From positions 62,001 through 126,000 of the forward strand of contig CATNEN010000015.1 of assembly GCA_950097015.1 (NCBI GenBank): a stretch of 64,000 bases of DNA, given 5' to 3'. Every line of letters begins with the position of its first letter. The first letter of the stretch is position 1. The translations under genes were made by a program, and so were the position numbers. Below, piece by piece: positions 12,326 through 26,000 of the stretch. The stretch is from Macrostomum hystrix (taxonomy: Eukaryota > Animalia > Platyhelminthes). The notes beneath the pieces were generated by a model. The model saw only the letters and a list, made by a program, of their open reading frames with translations. It was not told the origin of the DNA and searched no databases.

Positions 12326-15300
12326 TCACTCCTGCTCCCCACGCAGTCGCTTCACGTCTCGCCGCGCCGTGTCCATGAGGAAATGGTAGAGCGTGCCGGA
12401 GCTCTGCAGCAGCTGCTGCTGTCCGCTGCCCTCCTCCTCCTCGCCCTGGCGCCGCTTGAGGTCTCGCCGGCGCTCCTCATCGTCGCGCTCGCGCACCTGG
12501 CGCACAAGGTCGGCCTTGCCCTGCGGCTCCGCGCTGCCGCGTCCAGTCCCCGCGCCGCCCTTGGCAACCAGCCTAGCAACCAAGTCCAGCTGAAGAGCAG
12601 GGCCGTGCGAGTGCGACTCGGCCACGGACACGCGCACAACCAGGTGGTCGAACAGGTGGTACACCTGCTGCTCTCGGCCCGAACCGGGGCTAACCCGAAG
12701 GCTGCCACCGCTGGGGTCGCGGGAGATGCTACTGCCACTGCCAGGAGGATGCCACCGAGGTCCGGGACCTTCAGCGGCAGCTTCTAACGGCGGAGGCGCC
12801 GCCTGCACGGAGCGAAGGTCGCGGGCCGGCGAGCCGGCGTCCAGCACGGAGCCATCGGGCCGGGCCAGCCGGACGGTGCCCTTGATGCCGTACCTGCGAG
12901 GGCGGTGTGAGTAGCGGGTTCACGACTGTGCTGAGGCGCTCTAAACCCACTCTAGACTCACAGCTTCCAGATGTCTAGACCCACAGCTTCCAGATGTCTA
13001 GACCCACAGCTTCCAGATGTCTAGACCCAAAGTTTCCAGATGTCTAGACCCACAGCTTCCAGATATCTATAGACCCACTGCTCCCAGATATCTATAGACC
13101 CACTGCTCCCAGATGTCTAGACCCATTGCTCCCAGATGTCTAGACCCATTGCTTCTAGATGTCTATAACCACTAAAAAGCGCTTGCGTAATGCATTGGGG
13201 AATATGAAATTTGGGGTCGCTAAAGCAAGCACTTCTCACTGCTGTAAGTAATCTGTCATGCTACATTAGAGCAGCGAATGAATTCCGCCAGACTCACCGG
13301 GGCACAAAGACGGTGAGTCCGGAGTCGCGCAGCTGGCAGACAATGGCCTCAACCAGCCTGAGCGGGTCATCGGGCTGCCTGGCGCGGAAGAACAGGCACT
13401 GGAACAGCTGCATGCTGGCAATCTGGGCGTGCTGTGCTGCTCGGTGCCGCTCGTTCATGAGGCTGCACTGCGCCTCCAGCTCCTGGTTGGGCAGCAGCGA
13501 CTCCTCGGCCTCAGAGTCGCCCAGGGCGGCCAGCAGGCAGCGATGGACGAGGATGTCGGCGTAGCGGCGAATCGGTGAGGTGAAGTGAGTGTACAGGTCG
13601 AGGGCAAGGCCGTAGTGCGCGAACTGGTCCCTGGGCAGGGAGCCGGTGCTGAAGTAGAGTGCATTGGACATGGCCTGTGTGGCCAGTGTGCGCAGGATGC
13701 GGTTCACCTCGGGATCGGCCGGGTCAACGCATCGGTCCAGCGACTCGGCCAGCTGCCGGTTGCTGTCCGCCTGGATGGTGAAGCCGCGGGCCTGCGCGCA
13801 GCGGATCAGCGAGTCGAAGAACTCCTGCCTGGGAGGCGGGTGTCGGCGCAGGCAGGACTGACTGGGGAAGTAGGCCACGATCTTGCGGGCCACCCAGTGG
13901 TTGGCGAAGATCATGCACTCGGCGATTACCTGCGGGGTGGCACGTGAGATGCCGGTGAGCGAGGCGGGCACCGTTAATTCAGATGAATCTGGCCTTCTTA
14001 ACTTATACTGAAGATCAGGATTTATATTGAAGGTCAATTCATTCAATACCAGAGGACTGCTGATGGGAATGGGATCTGTTCCAGGCATGACTGCTGATGG
14101 GAATGGGATATGTTCCAGGCATGAATGCTGATGGGAATGGGATATGTTCCAGGCATGACTGCTGATGGGAATGGGATCTGTTCCAGGCATGACTGCTGAT
14201 GGGAATGGGATATGTTCCAGGCATGACTGCTGATGGGAATGGGATCTGTTCCAGGCATGACTGCTGATGGGAATGGGATCTGTTCCAGGCATGACTGCTG
14301 ATGGGAATGGGATCTGTTCCAGGCATGACTGCTGATGGGAATGGGATATGTTCCAGGCATGACTGCTGATGGGAATGGGATCTGTTCCAGGCATGACTGC
14401 TGATGGGAATGGGATCTGTTCCAGGCATGACTGCTGATGGGAATGGGGTGTGCCACAAGATGGGAAGGCTCAAACCTCATGCATCTGAAGCGGCGCCTTC
14501 GGCAGCAGATCCTCCAGCTGCGTGCGGTCGGGATCGGCGAACTTGGCCTGGACCTCCACGCCCTCCAGTTCCAGGCCGCCGCAGGCCATGCGCCTGGCCT
14601 TGATGGTGTCGGCCACGCCAACCAGAAGGCCGACAGCCTCCCGCAGCTGCGCGAATCTGCGCCGCAGCAGTTCGGGGTCCCGCTTGAGCAGTGGCTGCAG
14701 CTCCGGGATGTCCGGCACGGCAGTCTCCATGGCTTCGCCATCATGAACCCTCTGTGCCATCTCGTAGAACAGCTTGTAGGCGGAGCGAATGACGGTTCGG
14801 CCGTACCAGACGCTCACCACCTCGGTGTCTGGCGTGAGCTCCCACATCACCGACACGGCATAGCGGTCCACCTGTGCCCGAGAAGTGGCAGATGTATTTA
14901 GATATCAAAGCAAAACATAGCTGGGCTACCTAATGTCATTTTGTCACTTAAAATATTCGCACACCAACTCTGATTCCGATTCACAAACTTCTCGCATCCG
15001 CTTTGAATGCGAAAGCTGTCGCAGAAAATGAATCGAATGTGCTTATTTTTAGATAGAAACTAGCACACTAAGCCCCCCTTGGGGGGGGCACTACTGTTCA
15101 TACAAAAAATCTTGTGCTATGCAGAAGGACAAAACACACCTGAAAGTACTTCATAAACAAAAACGAAAATTCAGTGTTAATTTCCCGGATTGCGAATACA
15201 CTTGATTGCGATTAAACGAGAATTTGAATTCTCACTAAAAAGAAAAATAATTAGTCTGAGCTCGCATACATTCTGAGATATCCGGTCTGTACACCAAGAG

Positions 15301-16952
15301 CAACATTGGGGCAGAATTACAAAAGTAACTTACGTTTGATACTACTCAGCTTAATGCTACTAAGGTACATGCGAATACTATCCCCTCAGCAGCAGAGAAC
15401 CAATGTCCCCTCAGCAGCAGAGAACCAATGTCCCCTCAGCAGCAGAGAACCAATGTCCCCTCAGCAGCAGAGAACCAATGTCCCCTCAGCAGCAGAGAAC
15501 CAATGTCCCCTCAGCAGCAGAGAACCAATGTCCCCTCAGCAGCAGAGAACCAATGTCCCCTCAGCAGCAGAGAACCAATGTCCCCTCAGCAGCAGAGAAC
15601 CAATGTCCCCTCAGCAGCAGAGAACCAATGTCCCCTCAGCAGCAGAGAACCAATGTCCCCTCAGCAGCAGAGAACCAATGTCCCCTCAGTAGCAGAGAAC
15701 CAATGTCCCCTCAGCAGCAGAGAACCAATGTCCCCTCAGCAGCAGAGAACCAATGTCCCCTCAGCAGCAGAGAACCAATGTCCCCTCAGCAGCAGAGAAC
15801 CAATGTCCCCTCAGCAGCAGAGAACCAATGTCCCCTCAGCAGCAGAGAACCAATGTCCCCTCAGCAGCAGAGAACCAATGTCCCCTCAGTAGCAGAGAAC
15901 CAATGTCCCCTCAGCAGCAGAGAACCAATGTCCCCTCAGCAGCAGAGAACCAATGTCCCCTCAGCAGCAGAGAACCAATGTCCCCTCAGCAGCAGAGAAC
16001 CAATGTCCCCTCAGCAGCAGAGAACCAATGTCCCCTCAGCAGCAGAGAATATCGTTGTTATTCATTGTTAGACTCCTAAGAAAACTGTTAGACTCCATTA
16101 TTAACTGTTTAACGTATTTATAAACTTTTAGACGCATTTAGAAAACAGTTTAACACATTTAGAAAACTGTTGGACACATTTAGAAAACTGTTGGACACAT
16201 TTAGAAAACTGTTGTACACATTTAGAAAACTGTTGGACACATTTAGAAAACTGTTGGACACATTAAAAAACTATTGTACACATTTAGAAAACTGTTGGAC
16301 ACATTTAGAAAACTGTTAAACACATTTAGAAAACTGATGGAGACATTAAAAAACTATTGTACACATTTAGAAAACTGTTGGACACACTTAGAAAACTGTT
16401 AAACACATTTAGAAAACTGATGGAGACATTAAAAAACTATTGTACACATTTAGAAAACTGTTGGACACACTTAGAAAACTGTTAAACACATTTAGAAAAA
16501 TGATGCAGACTTTTGAAATTTGAAATTTCGATTGAAATCGAGACATGGTTTAATGATTTTTTGTTGTAGCAAGAAAGGAGTAGATTTCTCGCTAGTATTG
16601 AGCAATGTATCGTTGAATTGAAGTCAGCTATGCACATTTCACATATTAAAATCGAACACACTGGTGAGAAAAGCTGTGATGTAATCTATTTACGAGTATA
16701 AATTCGCACTAACTCGCTATCTCGCCAGTGGGGTTGACACAGGTTATGTACATTTGACACAGGGAAATTCTTATCAGTGTGCTCACTTTTGACAAAACTG
16801 GCTTTGATTGAATGCATTAAAAATCATATCTAAAACAGTTTTTCGAATATTTAATCCCCGAATAAAAATGCGTGTACCGATCCGGGCCCATTTCACATCT
16901 TTTGGCGAAGAAATGGTGAAAATCGGTTGAGCCGTTCGGAAGAAAATCAATT

Positions 16953-17027
<75 letters not shown>

Positions 17028-20000
17028 CTTGAAAGAAAACAAGAAAAAAAATTATAGTCCATGCTTCCCCTCGATAATTCATGTTCCCCACTCGATAAGT
17101 CATGCTTTCCCCTCGATAAATCATGCTTTCCCCTAGATAATCCATGTTCCTTTCTCGATATTTCATGCTTTCCCCTAGATAATCCATGCTCCTTCCTCGA
17201 TATTTCATGCTTTCCCCTAGATAATCCATGCTCCTTCCTCGATATTTCATGCTTTCCCCTAGATAATCCATGTTCCTTCCTCGATATTTCATGCTTTCCC
17301 CTAGATAATCCATGCTCCTTCCTCGATATTTCATGCTTTCCCCTAGATAATCCATGCTCCTTCCTCGATATTTCATGCTTTCCCCTAGATAATCCATGCT
17401 CCTTCCTCGATATTTCATGCTTTCCCCTAGATAATCCATGCTCCTTCCTCGATATTTTATGCTTTCCCCTAGATAATCCATGTTCCTTCCTCGATATTTC
17501 ATGCTTTCCCCTAGATAATCCATGTTCCTTCCTCGATATTTCATGCTTTCCCCTAGATAATCCATGCTCCTTCCTCGATATTTCATGCTTTCCCCTAGAT
17601 AATCCATGCTCCTTCCTCGATATTTCATGCTTTCCCCTAGATAATCCATGCTCCTTCCTCGATAATTCATGCTTTTCCCAAGATGGATCATGCTTTTACC
17701 TCGAGAATTCATGATTCCCCTTCGATAATTCATGCTTTTCACTCGATAATTTATGCTTTTCCCCTCGATAATTCATGCTACCCCACTTGATAATTAATGT
17801 TTTTTCTTCAATAGGTCATGCTATTGTAAAGTATTATGTTATCCCCTGGAAATCTCATTTTTTCTCCTGGTAATCTCATGCGATATCTTAAAGAAATCGT
17901 GATATGACGTACGAGCTCGTAGATATCTAATGCTTTTCCCCACAATTGTTATTTACGTGATATCTCATGCTGCTCACTATTTCTATCTAGTACTATATTT
18001 TTTAATAATTCGAAGGAAAGCATTAAACTTATGTTTTTTTAATATAGAAAAATTCTGATTGCTTCCCAGCTTAGTTTTGAATAGTTCATAGCTTATTTTC
18101 AGGTTTAAACGATTGCAGCAATGCTCAAAACACTTTTACTTAAGTTAAAATAAATAATGCTAAAAGCTACGTGTGCTCGAACAGTTTTCATTGAGTTTTG
18201 AATCGAATAACGTTTGAAGCAATGCTTGAAAAAATAGCTAACGCATGCAGCTATGCTCAAATATTTCTAGTTCTGAATCTGATAACGCATGCAGCTATGC
18301 TCAAATAGTTCTAGTTCTGAATCTGATAACGCATGCAGCTATGCTCAAATATTTCTAGTTCTGAATCTGATAACGCATGCAGCTATGCTCAAATATTTCT
18401 AGTTCTGAATCTGATAACGCATGCAGCTATGCTCAAATATTTCTAGTTCTGAATCTGATAACGCATGCAGCTATGCTCAAATATTTCTAGTTCTGAATCT
18501 GATAACGCATGCAGCTATGCTCAAAAATGTTTCCTTCGTTTTAGCATCGAATAATGTTAAAAGCTACCTATGCTCGAACAGTCTTCACTGAGATTTGAAT
18601 CAAATAACGCTTGAAGCAATCCTTGACAAAATGTTAAAACTTAAAATTAATAACGCTTTTAGCTGTGCTCAACATATTTTTTCTAGTTCTGAATCTGATA
18701 ACACTTGCAGCTACACTCGAAAAACTTATACGAGTATCATTTTCTCACAGCGAGAACAGTAATAATAAAGCTAACAAATATTTGCTTCGACAGTAGCTAA
18801 TTGCAAGCGCTTACCCACTTAAACGAATACACGAACTTAAAAAACACTCACAAATAAAAAACTAATAAACAGGAACTTACGTTTTTAACTGTTGATGAAA
18901 GAAGATTAGAAGAAAAAGAGCAGTAACAAAACTGATGCTGAAATTCGACCTGCATTCTGCAAAATTATAAAAGTACTTTACTTCGAAACTAGATGAAAAG
19001 AAAGCGAAATGAAGTCCAGACAGGGTTTGAAAATATAAAGGCTGTAGTTTTCATTGAGCATCATAAACCCAACCATTGAAATCTGCTGTGTGCGTTTTTC
19101 TTATTTAAATCAAATCACTCAATCAGCCCAAGAGACAAATTTATAAACGCACGTACGGGTGCTAAAAGCAGTGACGCAATCCCATTCAATTGGCGGTATC
19201 GGGCCCTCTGTTCTGCTAACACACTCGCGGGCGAGAAAAGCAGTGACGCAATCCCATTCAATTGAGAGTATCGGCCCTCTGTGCAAAAAACGCACGCGCG
19301 GCTGAGAAAAAGCACCGATGCAATCTAATAAAACTGACAGTGTCGCGCCCTATTCTTAATAGGAAAAAATTACATTTGAAATATAGCAGCGAAATTCTGC
19401 TTTTTATAATATTTAGTGCATTTAGAATAAAGCAAATTTTTAGCAAATTTGCATGTACATGGTCATTGTGGTGGCACTTTTTAGAGAAAGAATCACGAAA
19501 ATCGGAGAATGCATTCGCTAGATCGACGATAAGACCTCTTTTTTATATTCAGTTAATTGCAATTCCCAGCCGTTAAAAAATGTTTTTTTGCTTATCCCTC
19601 GCCTATATCATCTCATAGGATTATACACTTTCCCTTATAAAATCTTCTCAAATTCAGCTCGGAGATAAAGACAACAGACCTGGCTCCACAGTGAGCAAAG
19701 GTTGCCAGACAGCAGCAGGGGCAGCATGTCGTAGCGCCGGTCAGCCAGGTAGATACTGGTGCAGCGCTGTCGGGCTTCAATGTCGCACAGCGAGTTGGCC
19801 TTCACAAAGTGGGTCACGTCTGCGATGTGCACGCCTAGCTCGATGTTGCCATTTTCAAGGCGCCTGTGGAGTTGGGGGCCTTTGTGGTAAATAACTTACG
19901 CGAGCTGTCAATTCAAATGAGCGTAAAATAACTTGGCTTAACGACAGAAATCTTTTTGTTGACAGAAAGAACGACAGAAATCACTTCACTTCCCGAGATT

Positions 20001-23000
20001 TCACATTCCCGCAACCAATGGAGTTTACTTTTCGAAATAAAAAATTTCCCGACAAATTTATTCACTTCCTATATTCATATTCTTAAATTTCCTGAGTGTA
20101 GTGAATTTATGGGATGTGAATTTTCTTGTCAAACGTTTCGAAGAAGTGATACTTGGGGTTTAAGATAGTGTTTGCCCAAAATATAGGGATATTTAAAGTT
20201 TGGCAGTTATAAAAGCACACTTAAAAAACTTCGATGACTTACTATGCAATACTATACTGATGCAAAAATTGAGGCATTGTATAAATTTATATTTAACTAA
20301 TTCGCAAGCTGAATTTCTTTCACAACAATTGAATCGGTCCAGCGGGTATTCACTGCTGTCGGAAGCGCACGACCCGATTTTGAAGTAACGAATGAAAAAA
20401 CTGGTTGGAACATCCAACGAGAAACCCGAATTCATTTTGAGAGTCCAAAAAATAAATTTCTCCGTCGATTTAAGAAAAGAAAACTTTGGCGGCTTAGACA
20501 AAAGGCACGGCTTAATTTTGAGTTACCGCAGCCGCTAGCAAGGCGGATATTGCCTCAGCCAAGAGCCTGTGTGCAGCCAATAGGCAGCACATGTCTTCTA
20601 TATACATAATTCCGACAGATTGGCAAGACAGTTACTTCCGCAAGACTTTTTAATTTCCGACCAACCTTCTAATCAAAGTTATTCGCCGACACCTGTGCCG
20701 GTTATGAATGAGACTCGCAGCCACAATCTTATTAAATGTTGGAGAAGGCAAGTTGGAACGCTTAACTTGGAAGCACGGAAGAGTTGGCGACGGCCTGCAA
20801 TCGAGCAAATCGCTGAACAGATATTCTTCGGCACGATTTGAACATACACTGCAACACTAACACACACGGCACCAATGAGGTCTGAGCAAGAATACTTGAG
20901 AGCAAGAGCAGGCTTAATTAAGCATGTGCCTTAAATTTTATGAATAGTTTTAGCCTATAAAAAGGCTAAATGTAATTTCTCAAGCACTGCGCCGATACAA
21001 TCGAAAGAGGCCGAACTATCGATTGAGTTACCGGCCACATTTTAATTCAAAACGTACTTCATACAGAGGACAATGCACTGGCAGGTGCAGATTCTGGTTC
21101 TGGCACTGCTGCTGCCAATCTGTTGCTTGGGCCAGCTCACTGAAGCAGAGAAGCTGGACGCCCTGCAATTTACTAATTTCCTGCGGCGAAATGTAGTGCC
21201 CAGGGCTGGCGACATGAATGGCGTGGTGAGTTTCAGCAGCAATCTCAACTAGGACTGGGCAACAATGTTCCCTGGATTGGGTTGCATTGTTGTATCACAA
21301 CTTGGGTTGGGGAAAACCGAATACCAGAAATATACTAGAAACATTCATAAACATTATAGAGAATAACACAGGCTGTCCTGATTATAACCCTCGTCATTTC
21401 CACAGCTGTGGGACAACAATCTAGCCCAGCTGGCGCAGGCCGCAGCAGATAAGTGCATCTTCCAGCACAACTATTACAGCCAGTACGCTAGCCTTGGAGA
21501 GAATGTGTACAAGGGTGGCAGGCGCAATATGTCTGAGATATTAATGTTTATGTTTCTGGAGAGGGAAAACTATGACTTCAAAACGGCTAAGTGCGACATC
21601 AACAACGGAAGCAAGTACTCAATGTTTACAACATGCGGCCACTACCTGCAGCTTGTGTCTGCCCATGTCACGCGCATGGGCTGCGGCCTCAAGCAGTGCC
21701 CAGATGGAAGTAACATTGTATTCTGCGAGTACAACAAGTGAGCGGGTGGCTTTAAAAAAGAGATCAGGAAGTCCGCCTGTTAGAGAAATGAGTAAACTAG
21801 AAAATAAACTGATTGTACTTCCATTTGCCATCACAGGGGCATCAGCAATCCACCGTACGAGGCTGGAGAGCCGGGAACCAAGTGCCACCATCTGATGGCC
21901 TCCTATACACAGAATGGTCTGTGCTACTACAAGGAGATCGGCGGAACTGCCCCGATCAGCGGCCAGCTAGGTTAAAATACATCATAGTATTAATGGAAAC
22001 AATACACTTATGATAAGCTCATGCCTAACCCGCTCACACTGGTGCATTTTGCAGACTGCAACCTGACTTGCCTGAACTACGGCAAGAAAGTATCAAACGA
22101 TTTCCAATGCTCGTGCGCCTGCCCGACTGGCTTTTATGGAATTCGCTGCGAGTGTAAGCCGACTGTATTTCCTTTTAGCGCCAATTATAATAACAAAAGT
22201 ATTAAAGCGATGTAGGCAGTCTTAAATTGGGGGGCTGGCTTCAGCAGCTAAGCAGAGCTTTTATCCAGCATCCGAGCGTATATATATGCAAGCTTCATTA
22301 TTACAATGGACTAAACCAGCCTGAAAAAAACGGTTGCAGTGAAGACCAGAGCCACTCCGACCGTGCCGAATGACTGCAAAGCTCAACTGGTTCATTGCAA
22401 AAATGGTGGCGTTCCCACAATGAACTCGGACCAGGTGTGCAAATGTGTCTGCCCAATCAACTATCGTGGAGACTCGTGTGAAGGTGATGCAGTCTTACTG
22501 CGCTACTGCAATGCTTTGTTATATACAGCAGCCAGTACAATACAACGAAAAGATTAAGAACAGAAAATCACTTCAGAATCACTTCATTTAAAACACTTCA
22601 GAAAACATCGCCCAGTTTGAAAACAGTGTCTTTTGGTACTTCGGAGAGTCTATGATATATAAAAGCTACTACCCCGTGAATCCGCAAATTGTAAGCTTAC
22701 TTTTCGCCCTCAATAATCACTGCAGACGTATAGCTGCAACGCATATGAAAAATTTTAGTGGACCGGAAAGTACGTGCAGAATACGCTTCAGTACTATCTG
22801 ACAACTTCGCTTAATAAATACTGCGAAGCGAACTACGCCGCGTGCTGCCCTGACGGAGGCAGCGCCACGAGCAAGATCGGCATCGTGGGGTACGGAGACC
22901 TCCTACTTACTGACAATTATCCACAGAACGTACTGGATGGATCGCTCAAGATCGGCGTGCACTACCGAATGCAGGAGTCAGTAGCCAGCACCTGTGGGGG

Positions 23001-26000
23001 TAGGTGTAGGCTGGCAACATAAGCTAGACAAGCGATACCATATTAAACAACTCAATGCCAACAGCGCTAAAAAGAATCAATTCTCTTCCCAGGAACCTCT
23101 GCGCCCTACGTGAACCGCAACGCCGTGCTGGCAGCAGCAGCGAACGCCAGCAGCAGCATAATGAGCATGCTGGTACACTATGCAGTGACGACGATCAAGT
23201 ACGAGTGAGCTATGACAGGAAGCTTGGCAACCGGCGATCTTTTGTAGTTCCCCAGTACTTTGGTGTTCAGATCTTCGCCTCTAATAGCAGAATGCAATTA
23301 TTGGCATCGCTTGTTCATGTCTCTCTTCTAGTGGTATATGGTTTTCCGAAAATTAAGAAATAAATGCTGTCTAATTTTAATTCTGCTTGTCACAATCAAT
23401 GTTTGAATCGCGGATAATGGCTAAAATATAGATCACTGAATAGATTTGCACGAAGCTCAGAGCGCAAATTTGAAGTATTTACAAGCTGCAGGAAACAAGA
23501 CTATCAGAACTTTCGTAAGCAGACACAAAGTTTCAAATGCGGCAAACAAATTTGTTTAATTGCTTAAAACATTTCGACACAAATAATTATAATTAGTGTT
23601 ATAATAATTAGAGCCTTAGTAATTTATTTACCAGCTAAGTAATTTATGACCTAGTCAAGTGCTAAACACATAGGAAGAGACTAATTTTCGGATAAGTACG
23701 ACGAAAATTGATCGTAAATTGATCACATTCACACACAGAGGCCGAGAACTAGCAAGCGGGTAAAGCAATAAATACGAAAATATGCGATAGGTTGGTTGAA
23801 TGCTTTCAAGGACATTGTCGAAAATATTTAAAATCGAATACAACTGCCCCCCCCAAAATACACACCCGGCAACTGCTGCACCAAAGTTCATTCAGCTGCT
23901 GAGCCAAGGTCCGGCTCAGAGACCGGATGCTGGTCGCACAGTTGCTGGACTGATCTGGACATTGGACATTACGGGGGCTGATCTGGGCAAACTGGGTCGA
24001 TTAAATACGAACATAGACTGAACAGCCGTTTACGTTTGTTGCCTTTGCCTATGCAAACGATTGCTAATATAGCTATAGCTCTTACTGAAGCAAAACAAAG
24101 CCGCAAATACGCTAATCACTTTCTGCAAGGCAGACAAAATCATGAGCTAAATATTTTTTATTCTCAAACCATTCTCGCAACGCAGAACTAACACTAGTGT
24201 ACCGGAGATTGTAAGCCGATCCAGTTTAGCGACTGAAAATTTACGAGGACGCCGGAGTTGAATGCGGAGGGGTGGGTGCGCCGCAATAATGAGCGGATGC
24301 CGAAGAGCAAATCGACTCGCCGGCCCCTGGAGAACTTATAAAATGCCCCGCAGCATCGGGCAGGCATCCAGAGAGCAGCAGGCGACTGCCTCCCGGTCCA
24401 AAAATTTCGCTGAGGTGAGAAAAGCAAGCAGAAGAACGATGATGCATCAGCTGGCCAGCCATTTAGGCGCAGTGCTGCTGCTGATCCTGCTCAGGACCAA
24501 AGCTGGCAGCTGCCGAATGACCGACGAGCTGCGGCGAGAGGCACTAGATGCGCACAACTATCTCAGGCGGAATGTGTTCCCCGAGGCCGTCGGAATGTCC
24601 CGGCTGGTAAGCTGCAACATTGGGATTTCTCTCAGAGCCTCTGGACCTCACTATTGTTTTGTAGTTGAATGCTGAAACTAAGAAAATCTCAACAGTAGAA
24701 ATTTCCCCTCCCCTAGGAAAAGACCACTGGGTATTTCAAATACCCACTGCCGACTTCACGATAGCCCCAAACCGAATGGAATGACCGATTTTCATGAAAG
24801 TCCACCGTGTAGATCGAAATTTTCCGCCCTTTACTATAAACTAACTTTGAAAGCCGTCCGAGGCAGCATCGTCGAGATATTCAGCGGTTTTTGTCGAAGA
24901 CCCTGGTGACAAGGACAACTAGCATTGCTCTGTATCGAACTCTATAGCGAATCCATTTTGGTTCAAAAATGAAAAAATAACAGCTTAATCACTTTAAATT
25001 AGTCAACAATCATAGCCGAATGATATGACGAAATATTGTGAGCAGAAAAAATGAGCCCAGAAACCCTGACGAGAATCTTTGAAAATCTCGACGATGCTGA
25101 TGTTTTGTGATTCTGGAAGTTGCTTGTTTCATCGGATAGATACTAAAATTTAGCCCGTGTTCTGAATTTCATGGCTGAATTGGTTGAATATTTTAAGAGA
25201 TACAGAAAAAAAGAAAATATTGGGTATTTGAAATACCCCCCGCGAGGAATTTGTACTCATAATGCTGTTAGAGATCTAACTCAAATGGTTAAGGTTAGTG
25301 TTTCCAGTCTAAAAGGTCAGAGCATTGAATGATGGTCAATTATTGGATTGGTTAGAATCATTACACAATTATTTATGTTTTATAGTAAGTACAAAAAGTG
25401 ACCGATTAGTTCGGTATTCGGTAAAACCGCTGATACACAAGCATGTCAGGCTCAATTAAATTGGGCAATAATCAGCTTAACTTAAACAGTTCAAAGACCA
25501 CACACAAGCGATTTTTGTTGAGAACTTAAGCTAGCAATATCAGCTCAGAACTCTCGCTGAAAAATATCAGCTCAAAACCAATGCTGTACATCATGCGCCC
25601 TACGCTATCTGCAGATCTGGTCGCCGAGCCTGGAAGCCCTGGCAGAACGGGCGGCTAAGACCTGCGTGTTCGAGCACAATACTGGCGCGGAGTACATGGA
25701 CAAGGGTGAGAACATGTACCTGGGCGGTAAGAGCAACTTCACAGAGATCCTGACAATGATGTTTCTGGAGAGGGAGCTGTACGACTTTGAGAACAGCCGC
25801 TGCCTGGCTGGCACAGGTGAGTACAAGGGTCCCTATGGATTCTTCAGCACCTGCGGTCACTACCTCCAGATTGTGAGAGCCGACATGACTCAGGTTGGCT
25901 GCAGCATCAATAGCTGCCGAGGCGCCGACGGCTCTACTAACAACCTGGCCGTGTGCGAGTACGAAAGGCAAGTGGCAATGATGATGAAGATGCTGAACTT

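Noticed and set aside
13930-14475. ORF extension [15 protein letters not shown]... fused to a DIS3L exon
   Set aside because: This is intron 5 with a 34-bp repeat; splicing 14476 to 13929 restores the conserved MHE-VIAEC motif.
15306-17742. Repetitive ORFs (MSPQQQRTN..., [14 protein letters not shown]...)
   Set aside because: Translations of intronic minisatellites.
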